64,000 nt of DNA from an uncultured virus (IMG/VR IMGVR_UViG_3300027706_000278) (Duplodnaviria; Heunggongvirae; Uroviricota; Caudoviricetes). Below the pieces are notes generated by a model. The model was not told the DNA's origin and did not search any database. It saw only the letters and a program-made list of their open reading frames with translations. Below, piece after piece: positions 45,282 to 55,499 of this stretch. The translations under genes were made by a program, and so were the position numbers. The DNA lies in the IMG/VR virus record IMGVR_UViG_3300027706_000278; one strand, given 5' to 3'. Each line of letters opens with the position of its first letter. Position 1 is the first letter of the stretch.

Positions 45282-48200
45282 TTACCAACCCCGGTTGCTG
45301 AATCATCGCGGAGTTCTGGAGGCGCCCGTTGCTGGAGGCGCCCGCGCTCGACCACTGGGCCTGCACGAACTCCGGCGTCACGACCTGGCCGGCGACGAAC
45401 TGCGCCGCACCCTGGCCCGAGATATTCACTTGGAGAGACATCGGGGAGGGGTTCGGATAAAGGCCGGTCGGATAGCCACCAAGGACCGGCAGATTGCTCT
45501 GGAACGTGTACGGCATGCCGTTCACGTAACTGGCCTGCTGGTACAACCGCCCGTTCATTTCGGCGAGGCTCCCCGATTGCGGCGTCGTCGCCGACAACGG
45601 CATGTGCTGGCTCGTCCCCTCGGAGTACAGCATCAACATCTTCCGCACGTCCGGGTCGCGGACGGCGATGCTCACATGGCCGGCGTACTTCTGCTGCGCG
45701 ATCTGCACGATTTGCTTGGCCATCTGGTTGTCGATGCTGACCGAGTAAATCTGCTTCACGAGGCGCTTGGCCTCGTTGATGGGGGACTCGACGCCGAACA
45801 GCTTTTCGAACATGGCAACTTCGAAGCCAAACGACGCGCCAGCCGCCGCGCCCAAGGGACCGGCGATCTGGTCGCCAATCAACGCGCCTCCGGCCGCCGC
45901 CTCCGCAGCGCCGCCCCAGGTTCCGCGCCGGTCGCCGGTCAGGCCGCCCAGGGCGAGCGATACACCAGCCATGCCCGCCATGGGCGAGGTCGCCGCGCCC
46001 TGAATGCCACCCGCGATCACGCCGCCCGTGGTCCAGGGGTAAGCGTTCCAAGCGTCCTCATTCCAGACCGACCCCTTTAGATTCGACAAAGCGTCCTTGA
46101 GGGCCTTCTGGTTGAACACGCCTTTGGACACGAACTTGCCGCCCTGCCCACCCGTCACCATCTGGTCGATACGCTCAACCTCGCTCTGGGGGACGCCGGT
46201 TTTCGCCCAAGCCCAAGGCGCGGGTGTATAGCCGCCCTCCGGCGCGAGCGCCGGCCCGCCACTGGCCACAGGACTATAGCCGCCGCCAGCCATGATGTTG
46301 ATCATGCTGCTGGCACCGCCCCCGCCGCCCATCGGAATCTGGATCGTGCCGACGCCGGGAATCGAAAGCGGGTACGCCATCCGGCCGCCACTGAACATCG
46401 ACGACAGCAGCCACCGGAACATCGTGGCGTTGCCGTTGAGCGCGCCGGTCAGGTTGTCGATGCTGTGCTTCAGCGTGTCGGCTTGCGGGATGACCGCCTC
46501 GCCCCTGTGGACGACCGCCAGGCCGGTGCTAGCGATGGTGCCGCCCTCGTCATGCTGCGGCAGTTTGGACACATCGACCCGCGACCAGTTGGTGCGAGGA
46601 TACTGCTCCTTGAGCCACGCGATGATATCCCCGCTGGTAACCTTGAGCTTCCTGGCGGCATCGGCCACACGCATGGCTTGGCCGCGATAGAGAACCTTTT
46701 CGTTCCAATCGAAGTTGGTCTTGAGCCACGGGTACAGCTTGTCCAGCTTGATGAACGCCTGGTGGGTGGTCTCAGGCACGTCCACCGGAGGACCGATGTA
46801 CCGGCCCAGGTCGTCCAGTTCCGGATCGCGGGCGGCGCGGATCTTCGCCCACGTCTCCGCGCTCTTGAGGCCGCCCTTGTGGCCCGACGCGACGTGCATC
46901 TCGTGCGTCATGCCCCAGTCGTCGCGCCCACCCTCCTTGTAATACCAATCGGTTTGTGGATCGCGAACGCCACGCGGACCCCTTCTGGCCATGTACTCCA
47001 GGTCGCGCGGGCCGCGTACTGAAGCCTCCAGGGCACCGGGATTGAGGCGCTGCACAATGGCACGGTGGACCTTGCGGTAAACGTCATCCGTGAGGCCGCC
47101 GCCCCAAGTCTCATCGACGAGGTTGATCTGGCCGTCACCGGTGATGTAGGCCCGGCCACGGATCACACGATCAAACGCCCTGCCAACAGACGGCAGGCCG
47201 ATCCTCTCGAACCAGACCGCGTGCGGCTCCGCATGCCCACTGGACGAGAAGCTGGAAAGACGGATATTGCCCGTCTTGGGATTCACCGCCCACAGCCCGC
47301 TCTTTACGATGTCCTCCTCATGCACGAAGATGCCCTCGGGCCACATGAGCGCATCGCGTTCCGCCAAACCGCGGCTAAGCCCCATTCCGGGCGGTCCAAT
47401 CGGTATCACGCCCTGAAGAATACCTTCACGTGGCGGCGGCGTTGCTGCGGCGGCGCCGCCCACCAACAACGACATGATCGTATTGCCGACGCTCAAACCC
47501 TCCGGCCCGCCCAGCGCCGCCAGGCCAGCGGGCAGGGCGATGTTGAATAGGCCCATGGTGGCCTTCAGCAATGCCGCATCCGTCTCCGGCCCGTAGTGCC
47601 CCACCAGGCGCGCATTGGGGCCGAGGCCCATGTTGCGCAGATTGGTAAGCGGGATGACCAGCTCCGGCCCCGCCTCTCCGACAATCGTGGGGCCACTCGT
47701 GATGCCGCCCTCGGCGAATTTCGGCAGGGCCGACCTGCCCATTGACGCGGGCGCTGAGAACGCGGGCAGGGGGAGGCCGGCGATACCGGGGATGCTCGGC
47801 GCGGCAAACATCGGCATGCCGATGCCCATGAACCCGGCCAGCACTGCGGTCAACATCGCCACGGCCGCCGAGTTCTGCGCCGTGGCGGCAGTATTGAGGT
47901 CCGTCGCAGCCTTGACCGGGTCCTTGCCGCCGAACATGCCCTTGAACATGCCGCCAATGCCGCCGACCAGCGGTTGAATGGCGTTGGCGACAATCCCGCC
48001 GAAGCCTTCCGTGATCGGTGCGAGGATCGCCTCGCGAAGCGTGTTGCCCAGTTGCTTCGCGAAGTCCTGAGGCTTGGTGAGCAGCGTATGGAAGAGGCTG
48101 GAGGCCTCCTTCTGGATCTGGTCCACCTGCCGCTGGGTCTCTTCGGCAGCACGCTCGGCCGCCTGCGCGCGCTTCTCCTCCAACTCGTCCTGGGCCGCCG

Positions 48201-50472
48201 CGATGTCCGTATAGAGTTGCTTCTGCGCCTCGGCGGCCAGCACCATGCGCTTCGCGGTGTCGTCCTCGCGCCGGATGCGGTCCACCTCGATCTGCGCCAG
48301 CTTGAGCGCAAGGTCCACGCGGATCTGGTACGCCTCCTCGGGCGTCCCGGCCTGCTTGACCTGCATGTTCGCGTGGCGCCGCAGGGCCTCCTTCTGCGCC
48401 TGCACATCGATATCCTGGATGCGCTCCTGCGCTTTGAAAACGTCCTCCCACTCCTTCAACTGCTCCTTGGTGGGCAGGAACAACTCCAGGAACTTCCTCT
48501 GCTGATCAACGCGACGCTTCTGGTCGTACTCCTCGAACTTCTCCCAGGAGTCCTTGAGGATCTTGCCCGCCTGCTCGTCGGCAGACTTGCGGATGGCCGC
48601 GATCTGCTCCTCGGTCGCCTTTAGCTGGACCGCCTGCTTCAACAGCAGATCGCGCTCGTAGTAAATCTTGCCGATGGCGTCGAGTTCGGCCTCATCGCCC
48701 TTCTTGATGAACGCCTGGGCTTCCGTCAGGAACTTCTTGCGCTCCGTCTCGGCGTCGAGCGACGCCTTGGCGCGTGCCTCGCGGCCCTGCGCCTCGACCA
48801 GCCTCTTGTTGAGGTCGGAGGCCTCCGTCTTGGTGAGGGGGTGCTCGGGTTGGAACAATTGCTTCCGGTAGTTATCAACGTCCTTCTTGGCCTGCTGGTA
48901 CGCCTCCTCGATCCCGTCGTGCGTGCCGAAGTACCGGGCGCGCAGGCCGTCCACGTAAGACTTGCCCTGCTTGAGATCAGTGCGGCGCGTCGCCTGCTCG
49001 GCGGCATCGAGTTTGCGCTGAAGGTCGTCGATCTGCTTCTGGAGCGCGTCGGCCTTCTTCATGCGATCCAGTTCTTCCCGGGTCGGGGCGAGCATCTGCA
49101 CCCAGCCGAAATTGCCGGTGAGATTCTCCTTCTGCTGCCGCAGGTCCGCGATCTGGCGCTCGATCAGTTCGCGGTCGCGCATAATGCCGGGCGCGAGCTT
49201 CTCCATCTGCGCTTGCAGGCTGCGGTGCGCGCTCCTCGACATGCGGAGGCCCAAATCGCCGGACTCGGCCAGCACGCCAGGCTCGCCACGCATTCTGCCA
49301 ATCGCCGCGGCGTCCTGTCGCGCCTGTTCCTCCTCGCGCCGTTCACGCGCTTCGTCCCCGGCCGGGGTGATGTTATTCAGGAACCATTCGGCGGCATTGC
49401 CGATGAAGTTGATGGGGATGACGATCCCTTCCTTGAGCTTCCGGATCAGCGCATCCCACTTCGTTTCAAGCTGCGCCACTTCGCGCTGGTACTCCATGAA
49501 GCGCCGGATGTCGTCCTCGTCGGGGCCGAATCCCTGCTCCTTGGCGATTCGCAGGTTCTCGTTCAACTCCGTCATGAACGGAATGGCCTCGATGCCCACG
49601 CGCTTGAACAGATCCATGGCGGCGGCATCGCGCTGGAGGCCTTCGGGCAGCTTATCGAGGCCCTCGGAGATCTCGACCAGGATCTCGGCGGTCGGCTTCA
49701 TGTCGCCACTGGCGGTGCGCAGCTCGATGCCCATGCGCTGCAGCGTGGCGCGCGCCTTCTCGCCCTCGCGCGACGTGTCGTCGGCGGCCTGCGACAGACC
49801 ACGCATCAGGCGCTCGACGATGGAGATGTCCTGGCCGACCGCCTTGGCCGCGAAACTGAACTGGCCGACCTCCTTGGCGGTCAGGCCAGTGCGCAACTCC
49901 GCATCCTTGACCTGCACACCATAAGCGCCGAGGCTCTTGGCCGCCTCCCAACCCGCCGCTGCCAGCGCAGTGAGGACCCCGACGCCGACCCCGAGCGTCG
50001 CGCCCATGCCGCCTACTTTTTCCATCAAGCCGGCCGCAGCTTCCTTGGCGCCGTTGAGCGGATCGCGGATCATCTGCTCGATCCGCTTGCCGAAGCCTTC
50101 GAGACCACCGCCCTCTTTCTTCTGCTCGACGGCGATCATCTTCTCGTAGGCGGCGCGGACGCGATTGACCATGCTCTCTTCCACGCCGAGCTTCTGGATC
50201 AGGCGGTCCCGTTCGGCGACGAGGCGGTCCACGCCGGTCTTGCCGTACGCGGCGGCCTGCTTCTCAACGGCCTGCGTCAGGCGCTCCAGGGAGTTGCGCT
50301 GTTTATCGTTGACCTTGACCAGCAGGTCAGCCATCCGCTCCAGCGACTTCTGCATCCGGTCGCCGGCGCCGACGACACCCTTCTCCCACGACTCCACGTC
50401 CTTGTTGGCCTGGACAATGGCTTGGTGGATGCTGCGCGGATCGACTTCGAGGACGACCGATTCCTGATCCAT
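45274..50472 (-). CDS. Tape measure protein
   Basis: 1732 aa; long helical region, Gly-rich hydrophobic segments, FAEGG and HDEGG...VHRGE motifs. Confidence 0.9.
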   Translation of the reverse strand: MDQESVVLEVDPRSIHQAIVQANKDVESWEKGVVGAGDRMQKSLERMADLLVKVNDKQRNSLERLTQAVEKQAAAYGKTGVDRLVAERDRLIQKLGVEESMVNRVRAAYEKMIAVEQKKEGGGLEGFGKRIEQMIRDPLNGAKEAAAGLMEKVGGMGATLGVGVGVLTALAAAGWEAAKSLGAYGVQVKDAELRTGLTAKEVGQFSFAAKAVGQDISIVERLMRGLSQAADDTSREGEKARATLQRMGIELRTASGDMKPTAEILVEISEGLDKLPEGLQRDAAAMDLFKRVGIEAIPFMTELNENLRIAKEQGFGPDEDDIRRFMEYQREVAQLETKWDALIRKLKEGIVIPINFIGNAAEWFLNNITPAGDEARERREEEQARQDAAAIGRMRGEPGVLAESGDLGLRMSRSAHRSLQAQMEKLAPGIMRDRELIERQIADLRQQKENLTGNFGWVQMLAPTREELDRMKKADALQKQIDDLQRKLDAAEQATRRTDLKQGKSYVDGLRARYFGTHDGIEEAYQQAKKDVDNYRKQLFQPEHPLTKTEASDLNKRLVEAQGREARAKASLDAETERKKFLTEAQAFIKKGDEAELDAIGKIYYERDLLLKQAVQLKATEEQIAAIRKSADEQAGKILKDSWEKFEEYDQKRRVDQQRKFLELFLPTKEQLKEWEDVFKAQERIQDIDVQAQKEALRRHANMQVKQAGTPEEAYQIRVDLALKLAQIEVDRIRREDDTAKRMVLAAEAQKQLYTDIAAAQDELEEKRAQAAERAAEETQRQVDQIQKEASSLFHTLLTKPQDFAKQLGNTLREAILAPITEGFGGIVANAIQPLVGGIGGMFKGMFGGKDPVKAATDLNTAATAQNSAAVAMLTAVLAGFMGIGMPMFAAPSIPGIAGLPLPAFSAPASMGRSALPKFAEGGITSGPTIVGEAGPELVIPLTNLRNMGLGPNARLVGHYGPETDAALLKATMGLFNIALPAGLAALGGPEGLSVGNTIMSLLVGGAAAATPPPREGILQGVIPIGPPGMGLSRGLAERDALMWPEGIFVHEEDIVKSGLWAVNPKTGNIRLSSFSSSGHAEPHAVWFERIGLPSVGRAFDRVIRGRAYITGDGQINLVDETWGGGLTDDVYRKVHRAIVQRLNPGALEASVRGPRDLEYMARRGPRGVRDPQTDWYYKEGGRDDWGMTHEMHVASGHKGGLKSAETWAKIRAARDPELDDLGRYIGPPVDVPETTHQAFIKLDKLYPWLKTNFDWNEKVLYRGQAMRVADAARKLKVTSGDIIAWLKEQYPRTNWSRVDVSKLPQHDEGGTIASTGLAVVHRGEAVIPQADTLKHSIDNLTGALNGNATMFRWLLSSMFSGGRMAYPLSIPGVGTIQIPMGGGGGASSMINIMAGGGYSPVASGGPALAPEGGYTPAPWAWAKTGVPQSEVERIDQMVTGGQGGKFVSKGVFNQKALKDALSNLKGSVWNEDAWNAYPWTTGGVIAGGIQGAATSPMAGMAGVSLALGGLTGDRRGTWGGAAEAAAGGALIGDQIAGPLGAAAGASFGFEVAMFEKLFGVESPINEAKRLVKQIYSVSIDNQMAKQIVQIAQQKYAGHVSIAVRDPDVRKMLMLYSEGTSQHMPLSATTPQSGSLAEMNGRLYQQASYVNGMPYTFQSNLPVLGGYPTGLYPNPSPMSLQVNISGQGAAQFVAGQVVTPEFVQAQWSSAGASSNGRLQNSAMIQQPGLVIS

Positions 50473-50537
50473 TTATTTAAGCGGCTGTCCGACGCCGAGT
50501 CGGTCGATGTGGAGTAATCCTGCTACTATGCGGAGAA

Positions 50538-50876
50538 ATGCCCGATAACGAAGAGGAACCCCAAGAGGAGTTCGAAGAAGAACCGGAGGGTGAACCACCT
50601 TCGGGTTTCGACGAGCTGCTATTCGCTCTTGCTGAGGCGCTTCGGAGCAAACGCTCAAAAGAGGCGATAGCGAACCTCATTGAGCAATACGCTCGCGAGA
50701 TGCCCATTGCAGCCAAGCGCAAGCACCGTGCGATGCTGTGGTCATACGGATTCACCGTGGTCGTTGTCGCTGCTGTCGGCGCGCTTGGCTATCTAAAAGT
50801 CATCACGAATGAGACTACGGGCACTTTGCTTGGAGCAATTGTTGGTGCTCTCTTTTACGGGCGACGCTCAAACTGA
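50538..50876 (+). CDS. Opposite-strand 2-TM membrane moron
   Basis: Acidic N-terminus, two TM helices, lower GC. Confidence 0.75.
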   Translation: MPDNEEEPQEEFEEEPEGEPPSGFDELLFALAEALRSKRSKEAIANLIEQYAREMPIAAKRKHRAMLWSYGFTVVVVAAVGALGYLKVITNETTGTLLGAIVGALFYGRRSN

Positions 50877-50877
50877 A

Positions 50878-51327
50878 TTACGCCGCCTTTCTCACGGAGA
50901 TTACTCGCGCGGTGCGCAAGACCGTCTTGATGGCCGCGACCATGACCTGACGGTCCTTCGGAGAGATGCCGAACGCGCGCTCGCGCAGGTTGTTCACGTG
51001 CGCGATCAGGTCTGCGTTCGGATCGATGAAACCGATTACGCAACGGTTCTCGCTCGCCTGCTTCACCTTCAGTGCGCGCAATGTGTGGCCCGTCCAAAAC
51101 CAATCGCGGAACGGCTGGAGACCGCGCGCGGATTTGTAATCCGGATACCCACGATGGCCGTTGCGCCCCGGCTTCAACGGCTTTGCCTGCTGATCGTTGA
51201 CGTTCAGACCCTTATGGAGACGGTCCTTGATCGAATCCACCACCACGTTGCCGATGGCCAGCATGTCCTCGGACGTGAACGGCCCAAGGACAAAACGGGC
51301 GCGCGTGATCTTGGCCTGGAACGGCAT
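50878..51327 (-). CDS. Tail completion / virion morphogenesis protein
   Basis: TGHTLRAL...IGF...AHVNN...RAFGIS. Confidence 0.65.
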   Translation of the reverse strand: MPFQAKITRARFVLGPFTSEDMLAIGNVVVDSIKDRLHKGLNVNDQQAKPLKPGRNGHRGYPDYKSARGLQPFRDWFWTGHTLRALKVKQASENRCVIGFIDPNADLIAHVNNLRERAFGISPKDRQVMVAAIKTVLRTARVISVRKAA

Positions 51328-51331
51328 GGCT

Positions 51332-51586
51332 TCAACCGACGCGGACGCGGCTGATCGGCACCACCAACTGGCGCTTCTGCGGGGGCACCACGGCAGTCTT
51401 CATCTGGATGTTCTGGATGCCGACGATGGCCAGATGCAGGAGGCTGCCGCAGGCGGGGCAGGCGACCTGCTTCGGGTGCTCGATGACGATGGCGGTGCTG
51501 CCGACGCCGGACGAGAAGCGGATCTGGGGGTCGATTTCCATCTCGACGGGCGTGCCGCACATGGCGCAAGGCGGGGTGGGGTTCAT
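51332..51586 (-). CDS. Small zinc-ribbon protein
   Basis: CAMC, CPAC. Confidence 0.6.
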   Translation of the reverse strand: MNPTPPCAMCGTPVEMEIDPQIRFSSGVGSTAIVIEHPKQVACPACGSLLHLAIVGIQNIQMKTAVVPPQKRQLVVPISRVRVG

Positions 51587-52047
51587 TCAGTTGGCCTCGG
51601 TAGTTGGATTTGGTTGTTGTGAGCCTGCTCCCGCTGGTAGCGGTCGCGTTCTTCCTTGAGGATCTGGAGGCCGCGGACCTCTTCTGCGGTCACGTCGCTC
51701 CACGGGATCGAGAAGTGGGCTGCGTCGAACTCCAGCTCGAGGACCCGCTCAAAGAGGCGGCCGGACGCCGAGTGCGAGCGCACGTAATCCAGGTCGTCCA
51801 GCCGGCAATGCGAGCAGCGATTGATTGTGTACTGCACGGAGCCGCAGTGCGGGCAGGCGCCAGGCGCGTTGGTATCGCCAACGGTGCGCTGGTGCCCGCA
51901 CTTATCGCAGGTCACATCGTTGGCATCCGGGCACCCGCGCGGGCCGTGCGCGCCTCCATCGCAAAGGTCCTCCTGGCGGATCGAGCGATGGACGAGGAGC
52001 CGGAGAGGGACCGGATGCGGCCACTCGTCCGGCCCTAGGAGTTTGGG
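51583..52047 (-). CDS. Tail assembly chaperone gpT-like extension, expressed by -1 frameshift
   Basis: Slippery C CCA AAC at 52041-52047; the -1 frame is open into ORF 51583..51915. Confidence 0.75.
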   Translation of the reverse strand, partial: PKLLGPDEWPHPVPLRLLVHRSIRQEDLCDGGAHGPRGCPDANDVTCDKCGHQRTVGDTNAPGACPHCGSVQYTINRCSHCRLDDLDYVRSHSASGRLFERVLELEFDAAHFSIPWSDVTAEEVRGLQILKEERDRYQREQAHNNQIQLPRPTE

Positions 52048-52649
52048 TCGAGCGAGGGGTCCATGTCCTCGATGGCCTGGACCAGTTCGACCACGACCGC
52101 CGATTTGTGGTGCGGCGGCACGTCGGCGGCCTTGTAGCCATCGGCATAACCCTCGATCTTGCTCACCGTCGAATCGTACAGATCCATGGCAGGCTCGATG
52201 CGGTAACGCAACTCCTCCTGGCCATGAGGCAGATCGGTAGAGGAGACGACCGTGCGGCGGTACACGGTGATATCCCGCTGCGTCGGGATTTTCATCGTGT
52301 GAACGGTGTCGCCGAACGGCGTCTTGAGCGTGATCTGGTACTCGTCGCCCACGCGCTCGCAGCCGGTCACGTCGCAGAACGTGAGCTTCGAGATCGCATT
52401 GCCGGCCTCGAACTCGTCGAACTCCGGGCCGTCCTTGTCCAACCGGATCTGGTTGAACAAGGCGAGATCGGCCTTGGGATTCGAGACGTACTCCGTCTGC
52501 GACTTGCGCCGGCCGATGGTGCGCCGGATCGACTTCTGCTGCGCCAGACGGCCCAGCATCTCCTCGGTGGTCGGGAGGCGAACGCGGGCCGTCTTGGGCG
52601 GGTTGGGCACGCGAATGGCGATGCCCTCGTTGGGAATGCTGCCGTACAT
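52035..52649 (-). CDS. Tail assembly chaperone, gpG-like
   Basis: Between major tail and tape measure genes; AGGAG RBS. Confidence 0.75.
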   Translation of the reverse strand: MYGSIPNEGIAIRVPNPPKTARVRLPTTEEMLGRLAQQKSIRRTIGRRKSQTEYVSNPKADLALFNQIRLDKDGPEFDEFEAGNAISKLTFCDVTGCERVGDEYQITLKTPFGDTVHTMKIPTQRDITVYRRTVVSSTDLPHGQEELRYRIEPAMDLYDSTVSKIEGYADGYKAADVPPHHKSAVVVELVQAIEDMDPSLDPNS

Positions 52650-52669
52650 AGATACTCCTGGGAGTGGAT

Positions 52670-53683
52670 TTACTGCGCGATACCGGAAATGCCGCACTTC
52701 GTCGTGACCGACAGCACCGTGTTCTGGGTGGTGTTGTACTGGGGCGCGCCGGTCACGGTCACCGCCACGATGCCATCGGCTTCGGCGTTCTCGACGATCT
52801 GGAACGCCATCTGCGGGAAGCTGAAAGACACCGAATTGCCCGCGTCGTGCTGGACGCTGAGCGTCGCCGTGCCGGTGGTCTGGTTGACGAGCGTGTTGTA
52901 CTCGGTCGATCCCGAAAGCAACCGCGCGGTGAACTGGAACGACGGCACGCGGGCGCCGATTTCCAGGCGGCCGCGGACCTGGAGGCCATTCTGCAAGCCG
53001 GAGCCGGGGAAGAATCCCGCGTTCAGGAGGAGGTTGTTCTTCCAGCCGATGCTGCCCGACAGAATGCGCTTCGTCGCCACGTAATCGACGCCGTTGACCG
53101 ACAGCGACATCGAAGCCGCAAGCATGTTGTTCTCGGTCGTGAGCGCCGGCACCGTGATGCCCGAAGGCGTGGTCAGCAGGCCAGAGCCGACCCAGTTGAC
53201 CGTCATCTTCGAGGAGGCGCGGCCAGGCCCGTAGTTGAACTGATACGTGAAGTCTTCGATGGCGCAGCCGACATAAAGATTATCGACCGCGCTGCCACCG
53301 CCCTCGGCAACCTGCTCGACCACCGAGAAGTACGGCAGCTCGATGGTGGTGCCGGGATCGATCGGCACGATGGTATAGGTGTAGGGCGCGGACGAGCCGG
53401 TCATCGTCACGTTGCCAAGAGCATAAGCGGTTGCCCAGGTCACGAATTCCGCGCTGGCGTACTTCTCGATGCGGTTCGCGACGTCGTAGTGCGACGGGAA
53501 CGTCTGGAAGATGAACTCGTTCTGCTTGCCGATTTCGGCAGCGTCGTTCTCGAACACCGGCTTCGGCGTCGTGACCGTGGTGTCGATCTTCTTCAGGCGC
53601 AGGAACGTGGACCCGGCAGTCGAGATGTTGGTCTGCTTGTTCTTGCCGAGGCCCAGGATGAGTTGCTGAATTCTCGCGGCCAT
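52670..53683 (-). CDS. Major tail tube protein
   Basis: 337 aa, Thr/Ser/Gly-rich beta protein at the canonical position. Confidence 0.75.
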   Translation of the reverse strand: MAARIQQLILGLGKNKQTNISTAGSTFLRLKKIDTTVTTPKPVFENDAAEIGKQNEFIFQTFPSHYDVANRIEKYASAEFVTWATAYALGNVTMTGSSAPYTYTIVPIDPGTTIELPYFSVVEQVAEGGGSAVDNLYVGCAIEDFTYQFNYGPGRASSKMTVNWVGSGLLTTPSGITVPALTTENNMLAASMSLSVNGVDYVATKRILSGSIGWKNNLLLNAGFFPGSGLQNGLQVRGRLEIGARVPSFQFTARLLSGSTEYNTLVNQTTGTATLSVQHDAGNSVSFSFPQMAFQIVENAEADGIVAVTVTGAPQYNTTQNTVLSVTTKCGISGIAQ

Positions 53684-53687
53684 GGAT

Positions 53688-53891
53688 TTACTCCTTCACC
53701 TGCTGGTAGCCGAGGCCCATGATCGGAATGAGCTTCTCGGGGACGGCATCGACCTCCTTGATGTCGCCAGTGTGGGGGTGGCGCAGCCGGACCTTGCCGG
53801 GCGCGGGCGGGGCGGCGGGCGCTGCGGCCTGCGCCTCCAACTTCTCGATGGCCGCCGCCACGTCGGCCATCTCTTGCTTCAGATCAGGCAT
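53688..53891 (-). CDS. Small hypothetical protein
   Basis: Start MPDLKQEM, TGATG-coupled. Confidence 0.6.
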   Translation of the reverse strand: MPDLKQEMADVAAAIEKLEAQAAAPAAPPAPGKVRLRHPHTGDIKEVDAVPEKLIPIMGLGYQQVKE

Positions 53892-54379
53892 CAGTTGTCT
53901 CCAATCTCTGGTATGACCAGCGTGCCCACGAAGCGGTCCTGCAAGTCCTCGTCGAGCGCGTGGGCGACGCTCGGCGTGTCCATGATGTCGAGGCCGGGAT
54001 AAAGGTGCATGTACCGGATACCAACCGGGCTGCCAGCGGGAGGCTGGTTGCAAAGGATCGACCACAGGTCCTCGTACCCGACTGGCTCGCTCAGGCCGGC
54101 CGCGTTTCCCATGCGGAAATACACGTTGAAGCGGTGCTTCCAAATGGTCTGGCCGTCGAAATTCCCGCCCTGCGTGCCATCCCACGCCACGAGCATCGAG
54201 GGCGCGGGCATTTTATAAATCCGCTGCGCCAGGCGGTAATCCATGCCCAAGCGGTAATGGAAAGCCTCGATCCGGCAAACCGGGCTCTGACCCTCCAGCA
54301 CGGTCATCGCGGCGGCCAGATCCGGAATCGTCTGGAGCACGCCGGCGATGGCATCCACAATAGGCGATGCGTTCAGCAT
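53891..54379 (-). CDS. Tail terminator-like protein
   Basis: Position and size; start MLNASPIV. Confidence 0.55.
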   Translation of the reverse strand: MLNASPIVDAIAGVLQTIPDLAAAMTVLEGQSPVCRIEAFHYRLGMDYRLAQRIYKMPAPSMLVAWDGTQGGNFDGQTIWKHRFNVYFRMGNAAGLSEPVGYEDLWSILCNQPPAGSPVGIRYMHLYPGLDIMDTPSVAHALDEDLQDRFVGTLVIPEIGDN

Positions 54380-54696
54380 TACGTGGTCCTGAGCTTCAAA
54401 ACGGCGCCGCCCTGCACGTCCACCGCGACCTCCAGCACGTCGTACACGACGCCGTTGATCGTAATGGTGTCTCCATGCTGCGGCGGCGGGCTGATGTTGG
54501 CGAACCGGACGAATAACCGAACCACCGAGGTGCCCTGAACGCTGCCGGGGACGTAATCTTCGGCTATCGCCGGAGTCTGAATGATGCCGGTGATCTGCTG
54601 CGGCCCGGAACCATCCTGCGGGGTGAACGTGACCGGCGTGCCGAAGGCTGCGATGCAAGCCGTGTCCATCGCGTTGACAAGATCGGCGAACGCCAT
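54379..54696 (-). CDS. Head-tail joining protein (gpFII-like)
   Basis: FGTPVTF...GDTITINGVVYDV. Confidence 0.75.
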   Translation of the reverse strand: MAFADLVNAMDTACIAAFGTPVTFTPQDGSGPQQITGIIQTPAIAEDYVPGSVQGTSVVRLFVRFANISPPPQHGDTITINGVVYDVLEVAVDVQGGAVLKLRTT

Positions 54697-54697
54697 G

Positions 54698-54994
54698 CTA
54701 TTGCGCCGGGGTGATGAACAGCGTGCCGCCCGAGGCGACCTGGAGTACCGCGATCTTGTCCGTCTGGGCGATCACGAAGTTCTCGGGCATCTTCGCCGGC
54801 AGGAACATGTTGGTGGCGGTCGCCGTAGGGTTCGAGCCGATGGCGATATAGCAATCCGCGGTCGCCACCAGGCGCACCACGTCCGCGCCAATCGGCGCAG
54901 CCGTGGCGACCGAGGAGGACCCGATGGCAAGGGTCTGGGTGGTGCCGGGATTGAGCGCCGGGAAAGACGCCCGGTTGAGGCCAATGGTCCTCAT
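54698..54994 (-). CDS. Small beta-sandwich virion protein
   Basis: VVRLVATADCYIAIGSNPTAT. Confidence 0.65.
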   Translation of the reverse strand: MRTIGLNRASFPALNPGTTQTLAIGSSSVATAAPIGADVVRLVATADCYIAIGSNPTATATNMFLPAKMPENFVIAQTDKIAVLQVASGGTLFITPAQ

Positions 54995-54998
54995 GGCG

Positions 54999-55499
54999 CT
55001 ACCCCAGCGTCAGCACCGAGTACCAGACTGTCACGATGGCCGTGCCATTGCCCGACGCGAACGCAGCGGTCGCGTTGGTGATGTCCAGGCCCAAGTTGAT
55101 CGCGGTCTGGAGGTCGATAGCGGCGCTGGTGTTCGGGCCGAGGTACTGCACGTCATCGGAGGCGGCGTTGATCACGCTGGCGGCCACGCTGCCCGTGTGC
55201 GGCGTGATCGAGGTCCCGTGATACTGGAACGTGACGGCGCCGCCGCCCGAGAACTGGCTGCTCCCGTGCTTGAACTGGAACGCGATGGCGTCGATGATGA
55301 GCACCTTGCCAGCGCCCGGCGCCGGCAGAATGCTGACCGGCGTGGTCTTCATCGCCTGAATGTTCGCCGCCGTCAGCGTAACCGTGGCGACCTGCTGCAC
55401 CAGCGGGTTCAGGGCGGCGCTGCCAATGTTCTTGAGCGTGCTGCCGTCGCCCTGAAACTGCGGCGCGTTAATTGCGGTTTTGTGGATTTCGAGAGCCAT
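54999..55499 (-). CDS. Virion decoration-like protein
   Basis: ILPAPGAGKVLII motif; head-neck context. Confidence 0.6.
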   Translation of the reverse strand: MALEIHKTAINAPQFQGDGSTLKNIGSAALNPLVQQVATVTLTAANIQAMKTTPVSILPAPGAGKVLIIDAIAFQFKHGSSQFSGGGAVTFQYHGTSITPHTGSVAASVINAASDDVQYLGPNTSAAIDLQTAINLGLDITNATAAFASGNGTAIVTVWYSVLTLG

